DNA of 64,000 nt from Camelus dromedarius (taxonomy: Eukaryota), in assembly GCF_036321535.1 (NCBI RefSeq), contig NC_087436.1, positions 30,940,001 to 31,004,000 of the forward strand. Reading direction: 5' to 3'. Made by a program: the position numbers and the translations under genes. Under the pieces are notes generated by a model. The model did not search any database, was not told the DNA's origin, and saw nothing but the letters and a program-made list of their open reading frames with translations. Below, in pieces: positions 24,525 to 36,287 of this stretch; the stretch's first letter is position 1, and every line of letters begins with the position of its first letter.

Positions 24525-25068
24525 TGAACCGAATTTGGACCCAAACGCCAATCAGCAGCAAAGCCAATCTGCTGAGACTGAGTTGTACCGAAGGAAAGCA
24601 CAGTGTTCACTGCAAGGTGCCAAGCAAACAAGTGGAAGACAAGCCTCTGATCCACTCCAACCTGATCTCTGAGCTGAAGGGTTTTTAAAGGGGAAGAAGA
24701 AAGAGGCTGGGGTTAATCATTATCTTGTGAAATTTTGGTGACATTTCTTAATCATAATTTCAGGATTCAGGATGTTTCTGGTTTAGGATGCTCTGGCCAC
24801 GTGGTCCACAGCCCAGGGCCGTGTTAGCTCACCGGACCCTGGAGAAACAACCTGAGTTTGTATATTAATGATGGTATCTGTAATAGCAATTTTAGTACAC
24901 TAACAATATTATCCATAACAGCAATTTCAGGCATCTGACCCTGGTTGATTAGGGTTCAGTTAGCACAGGATTGTGTTCAGAGGAGACAAGAAAGGGCATA
25001 AAGTTTTGGGTAGAGAGATTCATCATAAATTTGGTAAGGGAACTTGGATTTAGGGGGATTCAGTTTCA
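24525..25068 (-). mobile_element. ERV1-class solo LTR (544 bp)
   Basis: Imperfect inverted termini tgaaccgaat...attcagtttca and perfect 4-bp TSD 'tctc' (24521-24 / 25069-72). Orientation is inferred from resemblance to related LTRs. Confidence 0.8.
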
Positions 25069-25149
25069 TCTCCTCTGAAACTGTTCTTGGAACCGGGAAG
25101 TAAATTAATGAGTTAATCACTTATTCCCATTAGAAAAACAAAAATTGAA

Positions 25150-25540
25150 GAGGGGAATGACAGTACATGCTTCTGAACAAGTAGGGGGAAATAAAAATTC
25201 TAGAGTGACTAAACTGATGCAGCCTTTCTGTAAAGCTGTATCAAAGATTTTAGAAAAATTAAATGTACATTCTGTGACCTGGTGCTTGAACTCCAAGTTC
25301 ACACATAGTTCTGCTAGGATGTTTATGATGGCATTGCAGGTGGGTGAAGGAAGTTGAGGACAACTCAGATGTCTGTTCCTAAAGTAATGATGAGAACAGT
25401 GGACTGAATGTTGCTGAAGAGCAACAAACGACAGATACATTCAGCAATGATATCCAGACCTCAGAATCATAGTGTTGAGTCAAAAGAGTAGGAAACAGAA
25501 TAAGGCATCATTTAGTTAACTTAAAATACATATAATTACA
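25150..25540 (+). mobile_element. Old L1 (L1ME-like) 3' region
   Basis: 'aaactgatgcagcctttctg...ggatgtttatgatggcattg...caactcagatgtc...ctcagaatcatagtgttgagtcaaaagag' follows L1ME 3' end. Confidence 0.6.
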
Positions 25541-26363
25541 AAAGATATTTAAAAGAAAATTGTAAGGGTTTCAAACATTTCAGTAAAAGTGAGTGGGATG
25601 AGAATGGAGATCAAGAAAGGAAAGAAAGTCAAATGAAACAACGGACTGGATTTCCACAAACAGAAAAACAATGAGTTGTGAACCCAAAATGTGATTAGCC
25701 CTACCCTGCAAATTGAAGGAGCAATCAATCAAGAAAATAAGACACCTTGGTGAGAGTTAATTAGAAAGTAAATACATTAAATTTTTTCTTCAGAATTTTA
25801 CTATGAAGTCAACACTTTCTTTTTGCTTGAACTCTTTTTGCTGCCTATTTCTCTTCCACAGTTTTAATCTACCCTGAAGGCTGAGAGGGTTAACTCCATA
25901 ACTAGAAATAATTTAGAGAGAAAATGTCATTGAAATATAAAAAGGAAACATCCTGCATCACTCTGATCATTTTTTATGGCAATGTAAATTCTCTTCATTC
26001 AAAAAGCATCTTTTAATATTTTAATTAGGATACTGTGTTATATGAAAGGAACATCTGATTTTAGGAATGCAAATGAGGGTAGCTATGAAACAAAGATGCA
26101 GAATTAAAAAGGTAATATGCAGTTCAGCAAGCAGCAATAAAGAGAAAGAATGTGGGGAAGGATCAAGGAAATAACATGATTTTTGAAGTAAAAATTGTAC
26201 TAGCGTTTTTCAAATTTAGCAGTTTGACAAGGCTAATGACAGTTATAATACACTTTTAGTTTAAAATGCAATAATTATCTTTGGCTAATAAATAAGAAAT
26301 CAATCAAACAGGATGTACTTATTAGCATTAACTAGGACTTCCTGACCCTGCATAGGTTCCTGA

Positions 26364-26382
26364 TAGCACCTCCTGCTGGCCG
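26364..26382 (-). promoter_or_regulatory. Candidate CTCF binding site
   Basis: Minus strand CGGCCAGCAGGAGGTGCTA closely matches the CTCF core (TGGCCASYAGRKGGCRSYV); lies in non-repetitive sequence. Confidence 0.6.
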
Positions 26383-26524
26383 AGTAGGTGCACAGGATTC
26401 CATTCAGTTGCTGTCTGGGCTCCCTTCTTTTCCCCTTTCCCTTTTTTTTTTTTGCTCATTGCTACAAAACAAAGAAGAAATTAATTAATTGCAGATTCGG
26501 CTATAAAAGATAGCTGAATTTTAG

Positions 26525-26630
26525 TTTTCCCATTTTAAACATGAAGGAATTGAGCCTCTGAAAGGTTAACCACTTGGCCAAGTGACAGAGCTGGGACTAA
26601 AATCCAGGTCTGCAGTGAAAGCTCACATTC
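26525..26630 (-). mobile_element. MIR SINE fragment
   Basis: 'cccattttaaacatgaaggaattgagcctctgaaaggttaaccacttggccaagtgacagagctgggactaaaatccaggtctg'. Confidence 0.75.
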
Positions 26631-27399
26631 TGAAGAATGGGACCGCACTACTGTGGAACTGTAACTTAGGACTTCCTCATTCCTAAAGGAGAATTTTGGA
26701 CACAGCTTTTTAAAAATTAAATTTGTGTTGTTTCTTTGTTTCTAACCAGAAAGGAAACCTGCCTAGAAGAAAAATTTCAAAGGAGCCATGATTTTCTCCC
26801 TCAATCAGGAGAATAACCATGAGAGGATATTCTTTAGGAGAGAAATTTTGGTAAAACAAACAAACAAACAAACAGAAGTGGAAAAAGGAGAGAGGCATCC
26901 TGGAGCAATAGAAGTAAACAGAGGAGATGAATGTGGAGCTGCATAGCCCAAGACAGAAACCTTTTCCAGGAATGGATTTATATTACAAACAATGCTGACC
27001 CCATAGCCCACATGCCTGCAGAGCTGTGGCTGTGTTGTTCACTCACCAACAAATCCTTTATGCCCAACCCCACATCCACTATCCAGGCACCACTGGCTGA
27101 AGGGGGTCAGGAAAGAACAGAATGGAATAACAAAAGCAAGCTTTGCCAGCTGGAGAGGGATGCAGTCAGGTAAGGGATTAAGGAACTATACAAGTTTTTC
27201 AAGGGAACTATTTATCATCTTACATTTTAGGTTCACATTCTGAATTGCTTTCTCTCAGGACCATTGTTGAACTCCATGGTTAAGCTCTATTTTGAATTTT
27301 GTATTAGTTATTAAGAAAAAAATAATTGACTGACAATGAAACTATTTGTAAAGATGGTACCACTCTGTGTGCATTAACGACTTATGATCTATGATGAGG

Positions 27400-27620
27400 C
27401 TGAATAGTGTGATAGGTTATATCTGCTCTTTAGGGTCATGTAGACCTTGGCAAAATACTTAGCACCCTGGAAACTCACATTATTTATTTGTGAAATAAGA
27501 ATAATAATATCCATCTCATAGACATTTTGTGGTGGTTAATTTGGATGAATATTAAAAAGTGCTTTGCAAAATACTTGGCCTATATGGTGAATGGCCAATG
27601 AGAATACTATTAACAGTAGT
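27400..27620 (+). mobile_element. MIR SINE
   Basis: 'gaccttggcaaaatacttagc...tttgtgaaataagaataataata.ccatctcatag...gtggttaa' MIR core. Confidence 0.6.
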
Positions 27621-30109
27621 AGTAATAGTGCTAATAGCATAGTACTTAGTGTACAGAATAAGGGGGAAATCATATGGCGTATTCTATGATTCAAGAGTCT
27701 TTCCCAATCATAAGAGGTAAGATATGTACGAACAAAAATAGGTTCAAGCCACATGGCATTGGTTTTTGAAGTCTTCAGAATGAATGAGTTCCTCAAGCGA
27801 GAAAAGCCAGAGAGAAGACTGACTACTGCACCCCGGGTGCTGCTCCAAGGGTGAGGGGGAGAAAACGAAACTTGGCCATAGATGTCGGGTGCCAACCTAG
27901 ATAGTACAGTGTTATGGAAGCCTAGAAAGAAGACGTTTTAGACAGAAAGTATTAAACAGTCAGAAAAACACAGCCAAATAAAGAGAAATGAGATAAAAGA
28001 ATCTATGGTTTTAAAAGAAGCAAGTGATTTCATTTGTAAGTAACACATCATAAAGAATATTCAGTATGTTTAAATAAAACAAGGACTGTCTGCTGTGAAC
28101 CCGGTAAACTAGGTAGAATATGGTAAACTGAAAGAAGCTAGTTCACTATAGTCTACATAAAACTGACTTTCCTTAGAAGTTAATTCATTACAACTGAATC
28201 TATGATATTAAAAACAGGAAAGATCGATGATTCCTAATAGGAGAATGGAGAGATGAATTAGAGTGTATTTATCATTGGACTGTAAAGCAGCCATTAATGT
28301 AATGCTTTTTCATGATTAACTCCATGGGAAACTTTCCAATGACAATGTAACATGAAAATGCAAGATTCAAACACATACATATACACATGTATGTGTGAAT
28401 ACCATATGTATGCATACATATATTGAAATGCAAGACTCTGCATATGTATATGGTTATGTACATATATGAATGCACATACGGAATAAAAAGAATAAAACAC
28501 AGTGCAATGTTATCAATGGGATGAGAACTGTTTCCTTCTACATATTTGTAAACATTCCCTGGTTTCTATATCCATTACTTTCATAATAAGAAAAATAGTA
28601 TTTTTAAAAACATAATTAAACTCTACATGTTCAGCAATACCACTCACCCTAAACTTGGTGTCAATGGAAATGGCTAAATAGAAATGTTTCCCAAATATCT
28701 GCTGCAATTTTGTGATGGATAAAGGACAACTCTGGGCAAAAACAGCCCTTTAAGGATGATGTGACCCGTATCTTCCAAACCCCCTGCACTAGGCTTACAC
28801 AGTCAGTAAAGCAAAGATGTAGCACAACTCCCTTGAAAAGCACGTCTCACATGTGAGTGGTATGTTTAGCCTCACTGCTGGTGGACAAACATTGCTTCCT
28901 GTTACCTGGCCTCCCTGTCCACACACTGCCCACTCACAAATGACCATGTGTAAAGGTGCAAACAGAGAGAGATTCTGATTTATACTACTGAAACCACCAA
29001 GACTCTGTAGTTCCCAAAGTAACAATATGTAACTCACCCATATTAATTTTTACTTCAATTATTTAGCTTTATGTGTACCTACTACATGGAAAGAGAAAAT
29101 AAATTACTCTGTGCCCCAATTTTATCACAATAAGAAGAACTGAATAACTTATAAGCCCAGTCTTCTCTGGTGAGTTATGAACAAGTTCCCCTTTCTGAGA
29201 AGAAAATTAAATTCATATTGCATCTGGAAACTCTTGCTAAAATATTTTATTACTGTGTTTAGAATAATGGAGGCAGTGTTAAAGTAAATATACTATCTCC
29301 ATTTTCTGTCTCTTTAATTGCTGAATTGTCTGTTTTAGCACCAGAGCTTCAGGGTATATTTAACGTCAATTTTTTGAAACAGAAGCTGAGGGAGAGCATG
29401 TACTATCAGAATCATGCAATCCAAAAAATGGCCAAGAAAATATAGGAGATCATCTTAAATGAACTGTACTTATTTTTATTTTCATAACAGATATACTTGC
29501 AAGATTTAGCACATGTTCAAGGTTAGCTATTGGGGAAAACCGTGCAAGTTGGTTTAGACTGCATAATAAAGAGAAATAGAAAACAGCAAATGTGGGTAAT
29601 ACTTAGCTAAAGAATTATTAGCCATATAAATTATATATCACTCTGTATTTTTTCTTTCTGCAAATTAAGGTTTTACTGAATTTTAAGACAAACTTGGAAT
29701 GTCTCATTTAATTTTACCCAAAATATATTATTTTCAGTATCAACAACCATCCAAATCAATTCAGTTGAAAGATATATGGCATCTCATTGTAAGGCCCTTA
29801 TACCAAGTCTATCAATGGCAGGAATTTCTAGTCCAGTATTTCCAGCTCTGGTCCAATATTTTAAACAAGCTCTTTACTTTAACAGAGGACTTTAAAGTTT
29901 TCCTTGGTTCAGGCTAACAAAAAAAAATGCTTTCCAATAAATCAAAGCAAAAGAATATCAATAGTTATTTGTGAGCATTTGTGTTCTCAGGTATTGATGT
30001 GGCTCTAGGTAATTCTTCAATTGTGTAACCACTGGAAGAAAAATATGATACTTATTTTTGCTAGAAAATAAATTGTGTATTCAAAGAGACTGCATTAAGC
30101 TGCTGATTA

Positions 30110-30950
30110 AATTTAGCAGCATTTACTGTTCATCCTTTATGTGCAAATTACAGCCTAGGATAGAAAGGTGAATAACTCACCATCCTCAGCATCAGAAGAC
30201 ACTCAGTTTTGTGTCTGGTGGGAGAAAATGGAGGAACAAACACAAAACAGATCACATTTCAAAAAGAATTAATCATGGCTGACAATTTTTGAGGGGTAAA
30301 ATTTACAAGGAAATTCCTATGACCAAAAGACTATATATGGTTATGACACTGGAAAAAATCATAATGGAGTTAATTGTATTTGAAATGGACCCCAAAGATA
30401 AGGTTTGGAGTAGCAGAGGGGCTGCACCTTAGAGAGACTGATTAGCAGTGGGGCATTATAGATGAATTAAGAAAGTAAGAAAAGTGAACTTCAGTGTTAC
30501 ATTTAGAAGGACTTTTCAAAGAATTTAAGAATTAGGAGGCTCTGCAGTAGAGGAAATGGACTAAAAATGGAAATGTGGGAATAAAATATTGATGCATTGT
30601 AGACATTGTAGACATAGAATTTGCATTGATTAAATATAAAGAAAGTGGGATAATAGGTCCAAGTTTAATACACCAGATCTATTTACAGAAATGAAAAAGT
30701 CAAGAGGAATAGCACATTTGGGGAAATATTGAGGAAAGGAAATGAATGGATTTGTTCTTTAACCTGCCAAGTTTTGGTTCCTTGTAAGATATCCAAGGCA
30801 GATTGCCAAAGAGGCTGAAATGCAGGTCTACAGATACAATTTCAGGATTCATTGATGCTTAAAGCATGGAAATGGATGAGATTCCTGAGAAAGAAAGTCC
30901 CATAGAAAGGGTAAGTTTAAAGATAGAAGAAAGTTATTTGAGGAGTGAAC
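30110..30950 (-). mobile_element. Fragmented L2
   Basis: L2 tail 'atttagcagcatttactgttcatcctttatgtgc' plus internal pieces such as 'aaatgaatggatttgttctttaacctgccaagttttgg...gatatccaag' and 'aaagcatggaaatggatgagattcc'. Confidence 0.55.
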
Positions 30951-32273
30951 TTAGGGGACAAGGTCTGCTAAAGGATATTAAACTATGATAATGTAAATCA
31001 ATGTGATTCCCATTTTTGCTGGCTAGCACTTGCCAATGAAATTGTAGTTTTATTGATATTCAACTCAGTGCGAGACAATTCAATGAGGTTTACAATTTTA
31101 TTGAGAGCTTCACAGCCTGAGGAATGTCCCTCAGGTGATGAAACATATTGGAATACAATTCTATAGTACTGATGAGATAATTTTCATTTTCCTCTAACTT
31201 GATAGCAATAAATAAATTCTAGCACTTATGTAGCATATTATGGAAACATAAAAACTTAGAAGTGCCAAGCAAATTTTTGTCCATTAGGCATATTCTTAAC
31301 CAAATGGTGACAATTTTTTATTGATCTGATAAGCTATCATTCATCCTTGTTTCCTTAAGATAGATCCAGTTTTGTTTTCTTTATCTTAGCCCAAGCAAAG
31401 GGAAATGAGCTGGTAAACATATTCCTTTCATGAATAAAAGAATTGTCAGAGTGTGCTATTCTGTTACATCATTGGAGGAAAAACACTTAATATATGAATA
31501 ATAATGATACTCAATAATAGCAAAAACAACAGATGCTGTAATTCCTCCAGACGCACTAGCTTGGATGAAAACAGCCTGCAGCAGCAGTAAAATTTCACCC
31601 CTGAATTTTCTTCTCAACTAATGTCTGTGTACATACTAGAACTAGATCTCTCTCACTTACCATCGGGTCTTCCATTTCCCACCTCCCTCGATGTGTCTCA
31701 TTAAGTCACCGCACCTCAAAACTGGGGATTTCCTACTGTTAGCCATGCTTGCTGAATCAGGCTGTCCTCTCCTGCTTCTAGTCGAATGTTTCTGCTTCAT
31801 TCTCAGACTGCTGGGTTTGGGGGGGGTGCCTGCAAAGCGGGAAGAAGGAATCTTCATCCAAGGTGTGACATACTCTTGTTATCTAAGCAACAAAGTACAA
31901 AGCCTCTATATTTCTAAAGGAGCTTCTAAATTAACACATTTGAGATCACAGTCCTCTTCCCCTAATACTCAAGCATAAGCCCCTGGGAGTTAGGCCAGAT
32001 GTTCTTTTGAAAGTTGTACCTTTAAAGCACATCTGAAAGCCCTGGGTCCTCTTTAAAATCTGCTTCTATGCACTTCTCTCTTTGCTTGGGAGAAACTTTT
32101 TTTTTCCCCAAAATGGTCTTTAATTGTTCATTAGAAGAAAAATAAAAGCTTCCTATAAGGCCAACTTATTAGGCCATTAAGGATAAAAACCCCATGGTTA
32201 AAAAAAAAAAAGAAAACACCTTAGGGTGAATATAGCTTAATGTTAAACACTAGGGGGAAGAAAACTTGCTTAT

Positions 32274-32304
<31 letters not shown>
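32274..32304. repeat. (ATC)n microsatellite
   Basis: About 10 ATC units. Confidence 0.95.
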
Positions 32305-32330
32305 CTATCCGCATTGTCATTATTTCCAAC

Positions 32331-32815
32331 TGTAGTAAAATAGATTGTTGTTCATTTTTTCACCCCTTCTCTGTAATAGGATTACATCCAAATCCTTTGT
32401 ATCATAACTCTGCAGGGTCTCCCAGTAGAGGAGGGGGAATATCCATCCTTACCTTGCTAACTTTGGGCTAAGCCATGTGACTTGTTTGCTTAGTAGGATG
32501 CTAATGAATTTGATGCAGGCAGAGGCACTGAATATACTTGAATGGTGTTTCTTGCTGCTTGTACCTTTGTCACCTGCCATGAGAGAAAAATACCCAGTAG
32601 AGCCAGTAGTCCTGGAATGAGAAGAAACATTGAGGATGCCTGAGCACAACGTACAGCCTGGATCCAAGCCCAGCTGACCCCATCTGAGCCAGCAGAGCCC
32701 CGCAGAGCCCAGCAGGGCCACAGCTGACCTGGAAGCCCATGAGCAAGAAATAGTGTTTTAAGCCACAGGCCTTTTACAGTTGTTTACAATGCAGCATCAT
32801 TGCAAAAGAAAAGTC
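32331..32815 (+). mobile_element. MaLR solo LTR (MLT1H-like)
   Basis: 'ctttgggctaagccatgtgacttgtttg...ctgccatgagagaaaa.tacccag...gcccatgagcaagaaata..gttttaagccac...gttgttta..atgcagcat'. Confidence 0.8.
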
Positions 32816-34378
32816 CTATATAATGAACAAGTGAATAGTGTCGTGTAGCTTTTCAAAACAAGACTTAGATCAATAAGTAAGTATAAAAATACAAAGGGAA
32901 AGTACAAAATATATATCACAGAATGAAATATCTTGCTATTTATTGCAATGAGTTGATTTAGAAGTTGGAGCACAGCTGGGACACTTCTAGAAAATGAAGC
33001 TAGAGGACGCTCTTCTCTCATCTATTCCTCTACAAACAACCCATTTAAGAAATTTATGTGCAAATATTCTTTGGCTGAAGATGGAAGAAAGACATGTTTT
33101 GGGCATGATCCCCAGAACGTGGAGGAAGATGTATAGGAGGGAACATCATTGCCACACTCCACACAGTTAAGGGGAGTAGCTCAGAGACTCAGCCAGACTA
33201 ACTTTAAATCTTAGCTCTTCCACTTACTATCTGGTGTGACCTAGCAGTGCTGCTTCAAGTTTCAGGAAGAGAAGAGTCACAGAAATGCAAAGAGATCCCT
33301 TCTCCCCACCTCCATCCCTGATCATAGAGCATATTTGGCATTTGGTAGGGCAAGGTGGCCACTATCACCGCTCTGCAGGGCAGTATTCAAATGATGCATG
33401 CAGAGAGCAGAGACAGAAATAGGGTCCTCTGATTCAGAGCAAAACAACACAAGATGACAAGATGACATTTTCTTGAGCTCATAGGAGACCACATGCTTTG
33501 AGTTCTCTCAGAATTAACAGAGATTTTAGGTAAAGGGCAAATACTGCTACTGAGTAGTGAAATTCATGAATTGATATTAATGCAGTGAAGCCTTGGAAAG
33601 ATGTGTTACACTATATTTATCCTTGAATAAATTTAATTCATTTCAACAAATATTTATCAAGCATTTACTATGTGTGAAGTGTTTTTATGAATAAGAATGA
33701 AAGTAGCATGCCTAAGGCAGTATAACTTATTAGTTTACACTTGTTTTAAGTAAATTTCAGATGATGGAAGATTGGGAAGATATTTGTCTCTTATCTCTTC
33801 ATGCTTGGATTCACTGTTATTGGCAGAGCCCTGGATTAGCGGCGGCTGAGATGATTATGTTCCAGTGATGCGCACGCACAGTTACCCTAACACCAACCAC
33901 CTGTTGGTTCTATCTGCACCACGTCAATTTTCTTACCTGTAAAATGAACGATATTATTAAACTATTCCCAAATTAATATTCTGTAGATCTAAATTTCATA
34001 GTTGAACTTGAATCACAATCCTTTACCTTTCCTTATATTTCAAAAGGCCCTGAATCTGTAAATGCTATAAGGCCAGTGAATTAAAGAACGCTAAGTAGTG
34101 ATTTTGGAAAGTAAGTGGACTGGGATTTATTAGTTACACTAATCCAAATGCCAATACAAAACTCATTAAGTTGGATTATTATAATTCTATGTAGTATAAA
34201 CTGAGGGAAATGCCTCAAATAAACCAGCAAGTATATCGTTTGCATCTCTGGATTCTGTTACATGCACCCAAGGACTAAGGTGAAATTCAGGAAACGTGCT
34301 CATTGAAAAGTTAAGTCTGAGTTTTCAACATAAGGTGAAACAGCCATTTAAACAAGTCCTCAACTCAATTTTCTCAAT

Positions 34379-34397
34379 TTTATTAAAGATTTTTATT
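34379..34397 (-). terminator. Tandem polyadenylation signals (AATAAA x2)
   Basis: Plus-strand tttatt at 34379-84 and 34392-97; downstream on the minus strand 'gagttgaggacttgtttaaatggctgtttt'. Confidence 0.55.
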
Positions 34398-36246
34398 TCT
34401 CAATCAGCACAGCAGGCACTAGGGTTGGACAAACTTGAAAAAAAAAAAAAAAAAACCCCAGCCCAAAACCATTTAGCACACTATAAACATGACTTGGGCA
34501 AAGCAGGACTCATTAGCGCTGTATGGATAGCACAGACCTAATGCTACCAGACGGTGTTTAACTATATTAAAGCTCTACATTAAAGTCAGAATAAAAGTAC
34601 TTTTATACACAGGTAGTAAATTCTAAAACTGTGGCATTTTTGCCTGATCCATGCAGGCCCTGAATCTGAATTAAAAAACATTTTTTTTTTTTTTTTACTG
34701 CTAAGAAATTCTTTTGAAAGCAGAAATTTCCACCGTAAGTCTACTATTACCTAAAACTGTCAGCTGTTGTAAAAAAAAAAAAACAAAAAACAAAAACCTG
34801 GTATTTAAAAAGTGAAACTTCATCTAGTCTGTGCTTAAGAGACTGAGTAGAATGCACTGGAATAAAAAAAAAAAATCACTGTTCTATAAAAATGTACAGT
34901 TTTCCCTTCTCAGAAAAATGTTATTTTAAAAAATTTTAAGCCATTTCTAATTTATAATCATGCAACTATTTAAAATTTCAGTTTATCTACAAAAGGAGAT
35001 TAAGTAAACAAACAATATGCAAACTAACTTTATTCAGTTTCTGTTACAGGGAAATAGTGGATACTAATAAATTTTTGTGAGTTAAAAAGTATCTTCTCAT
35101 ATTACCTGTAACCCATTCTTCCTTCCTTAGCTCCTACTTTTTTATTATTTTAGGTTGTCATTTGTTAGTTTATTTCCTTTTAGCTTCTTGGCTCTTCTGC
35201 TGTGCTATTTCTAAGGAACGAATCTTATGTATGTATTTACACTTTATATATATGTATATATACATATATATGTATACATATATATACACACATCCATTAT
35301 TAAGATCCCAGTAATCATGTTATTCAAAATATTTGACACAACTGTCCTTAAGATATACTTATATTTTATAGTAAGCCAAAATGGTTAACTTTATTACAAC
35401 AGGAAAAATGCAAACAAAACTGGATAAAACATTTGAATCTTACATGTCTCTTACCAGTTAAATGAACAGTATCTCTCCTTCAGACATTTTTGCCCTTTTA
35501 ATCCAGATTTAGGCTAAATGCCAATGGCATATGTCATGTATACGAAAGAATATAGCCTCATAATATCTATGTAACTATGATTAACACTGGTTAAGGAAAA
35601 ATAACTAAGGACATTACAAACTAAAACATTCAGTATCCTTTTAAACAGATGACTCACTGTACCATGTTAGAGGAGGAACCACTGCAAATACTGTATCTCA
35701 TTTCCTTATCATGCAAAGACTAAAAGATGCCATGCTGAAAATATCAAGGTTTGCAAAAAGTGTTTTAATTCTTCAATTCTTATGGATGTTTTGAATAAAG
35801 TACTGTGATATTGAAACAGATTTCAAGTAAGTTTCCAGTTCAGGATACACATATTTCAGAGAAGATGGTAGGAAACAAGACATGTAACCTATAAAACCAT
35901 TTACCAACACTGATGATGTAAATATCGGAGAGGTAATTTCTGCTTGTAATGAGTTGCTGATCTGTTCATGAGTCCTACCCTCCACTACCCTGTAAGAGGG
36001 AGGAATGGTGGGGGTGGTGCTTCATTCTTTGACATCTGGAGAATTTTAAACGTGCCCTGCAGTTTGGGGATGCAGTAGTCTGGTTTCTGACTTTTGCCCA
36101 GGAAATATATATGGCAAAAGGCGAGCTGACTTCCTATTTGAAGCAGAACATAAAGAGGAGCAACCGTGCGGAGGCAGAGTATGTTGGGGCAAAGAATGTA
36201 TGACTGTTTCCCATGGACCAGACTGTAGAACCGCCATGGGATCATC

Positions 36247-36287
36247 TTAGATCCTGTTTGATACGGCTTCTTTGGAGGACAAAATAC
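36247..36287 (-). CDS. Possible C-terminal coding segment; frame undetermined: (G)ILSSKEAVSNRI* (stop 36247), YFVLQRSRIKQDLR* (stop 36242), or a 100-codon frame to 35985
   Basis: Translation of the three frames after the acceptor; no upstream exon confirmed and no protein recognised. Confidence 0.3.

Larger units (their letters stand above)
34360..36287 (-). other. Probable terminal exon (short coding tail and ~1.9 kb 3'UTR) of an unidentified minus-strand gene
   Basis: Acceptor 'cctcaacttcttttttactgtag|G' at 36287; free of interspersed repeats; U-tract-rich sequence on the minus strand; two AATAAA (34392-97, 34379-84) followed by a GU/U-rich element. The left boundary is an estimated cleavage site. 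Confidence 0.6.

Noticed and set aside
35895..35925. IRE-like CAGUGU loop in the putative 3'UTR
   Set aside because: Flanking bases do not form the required 5-bp upper stem.
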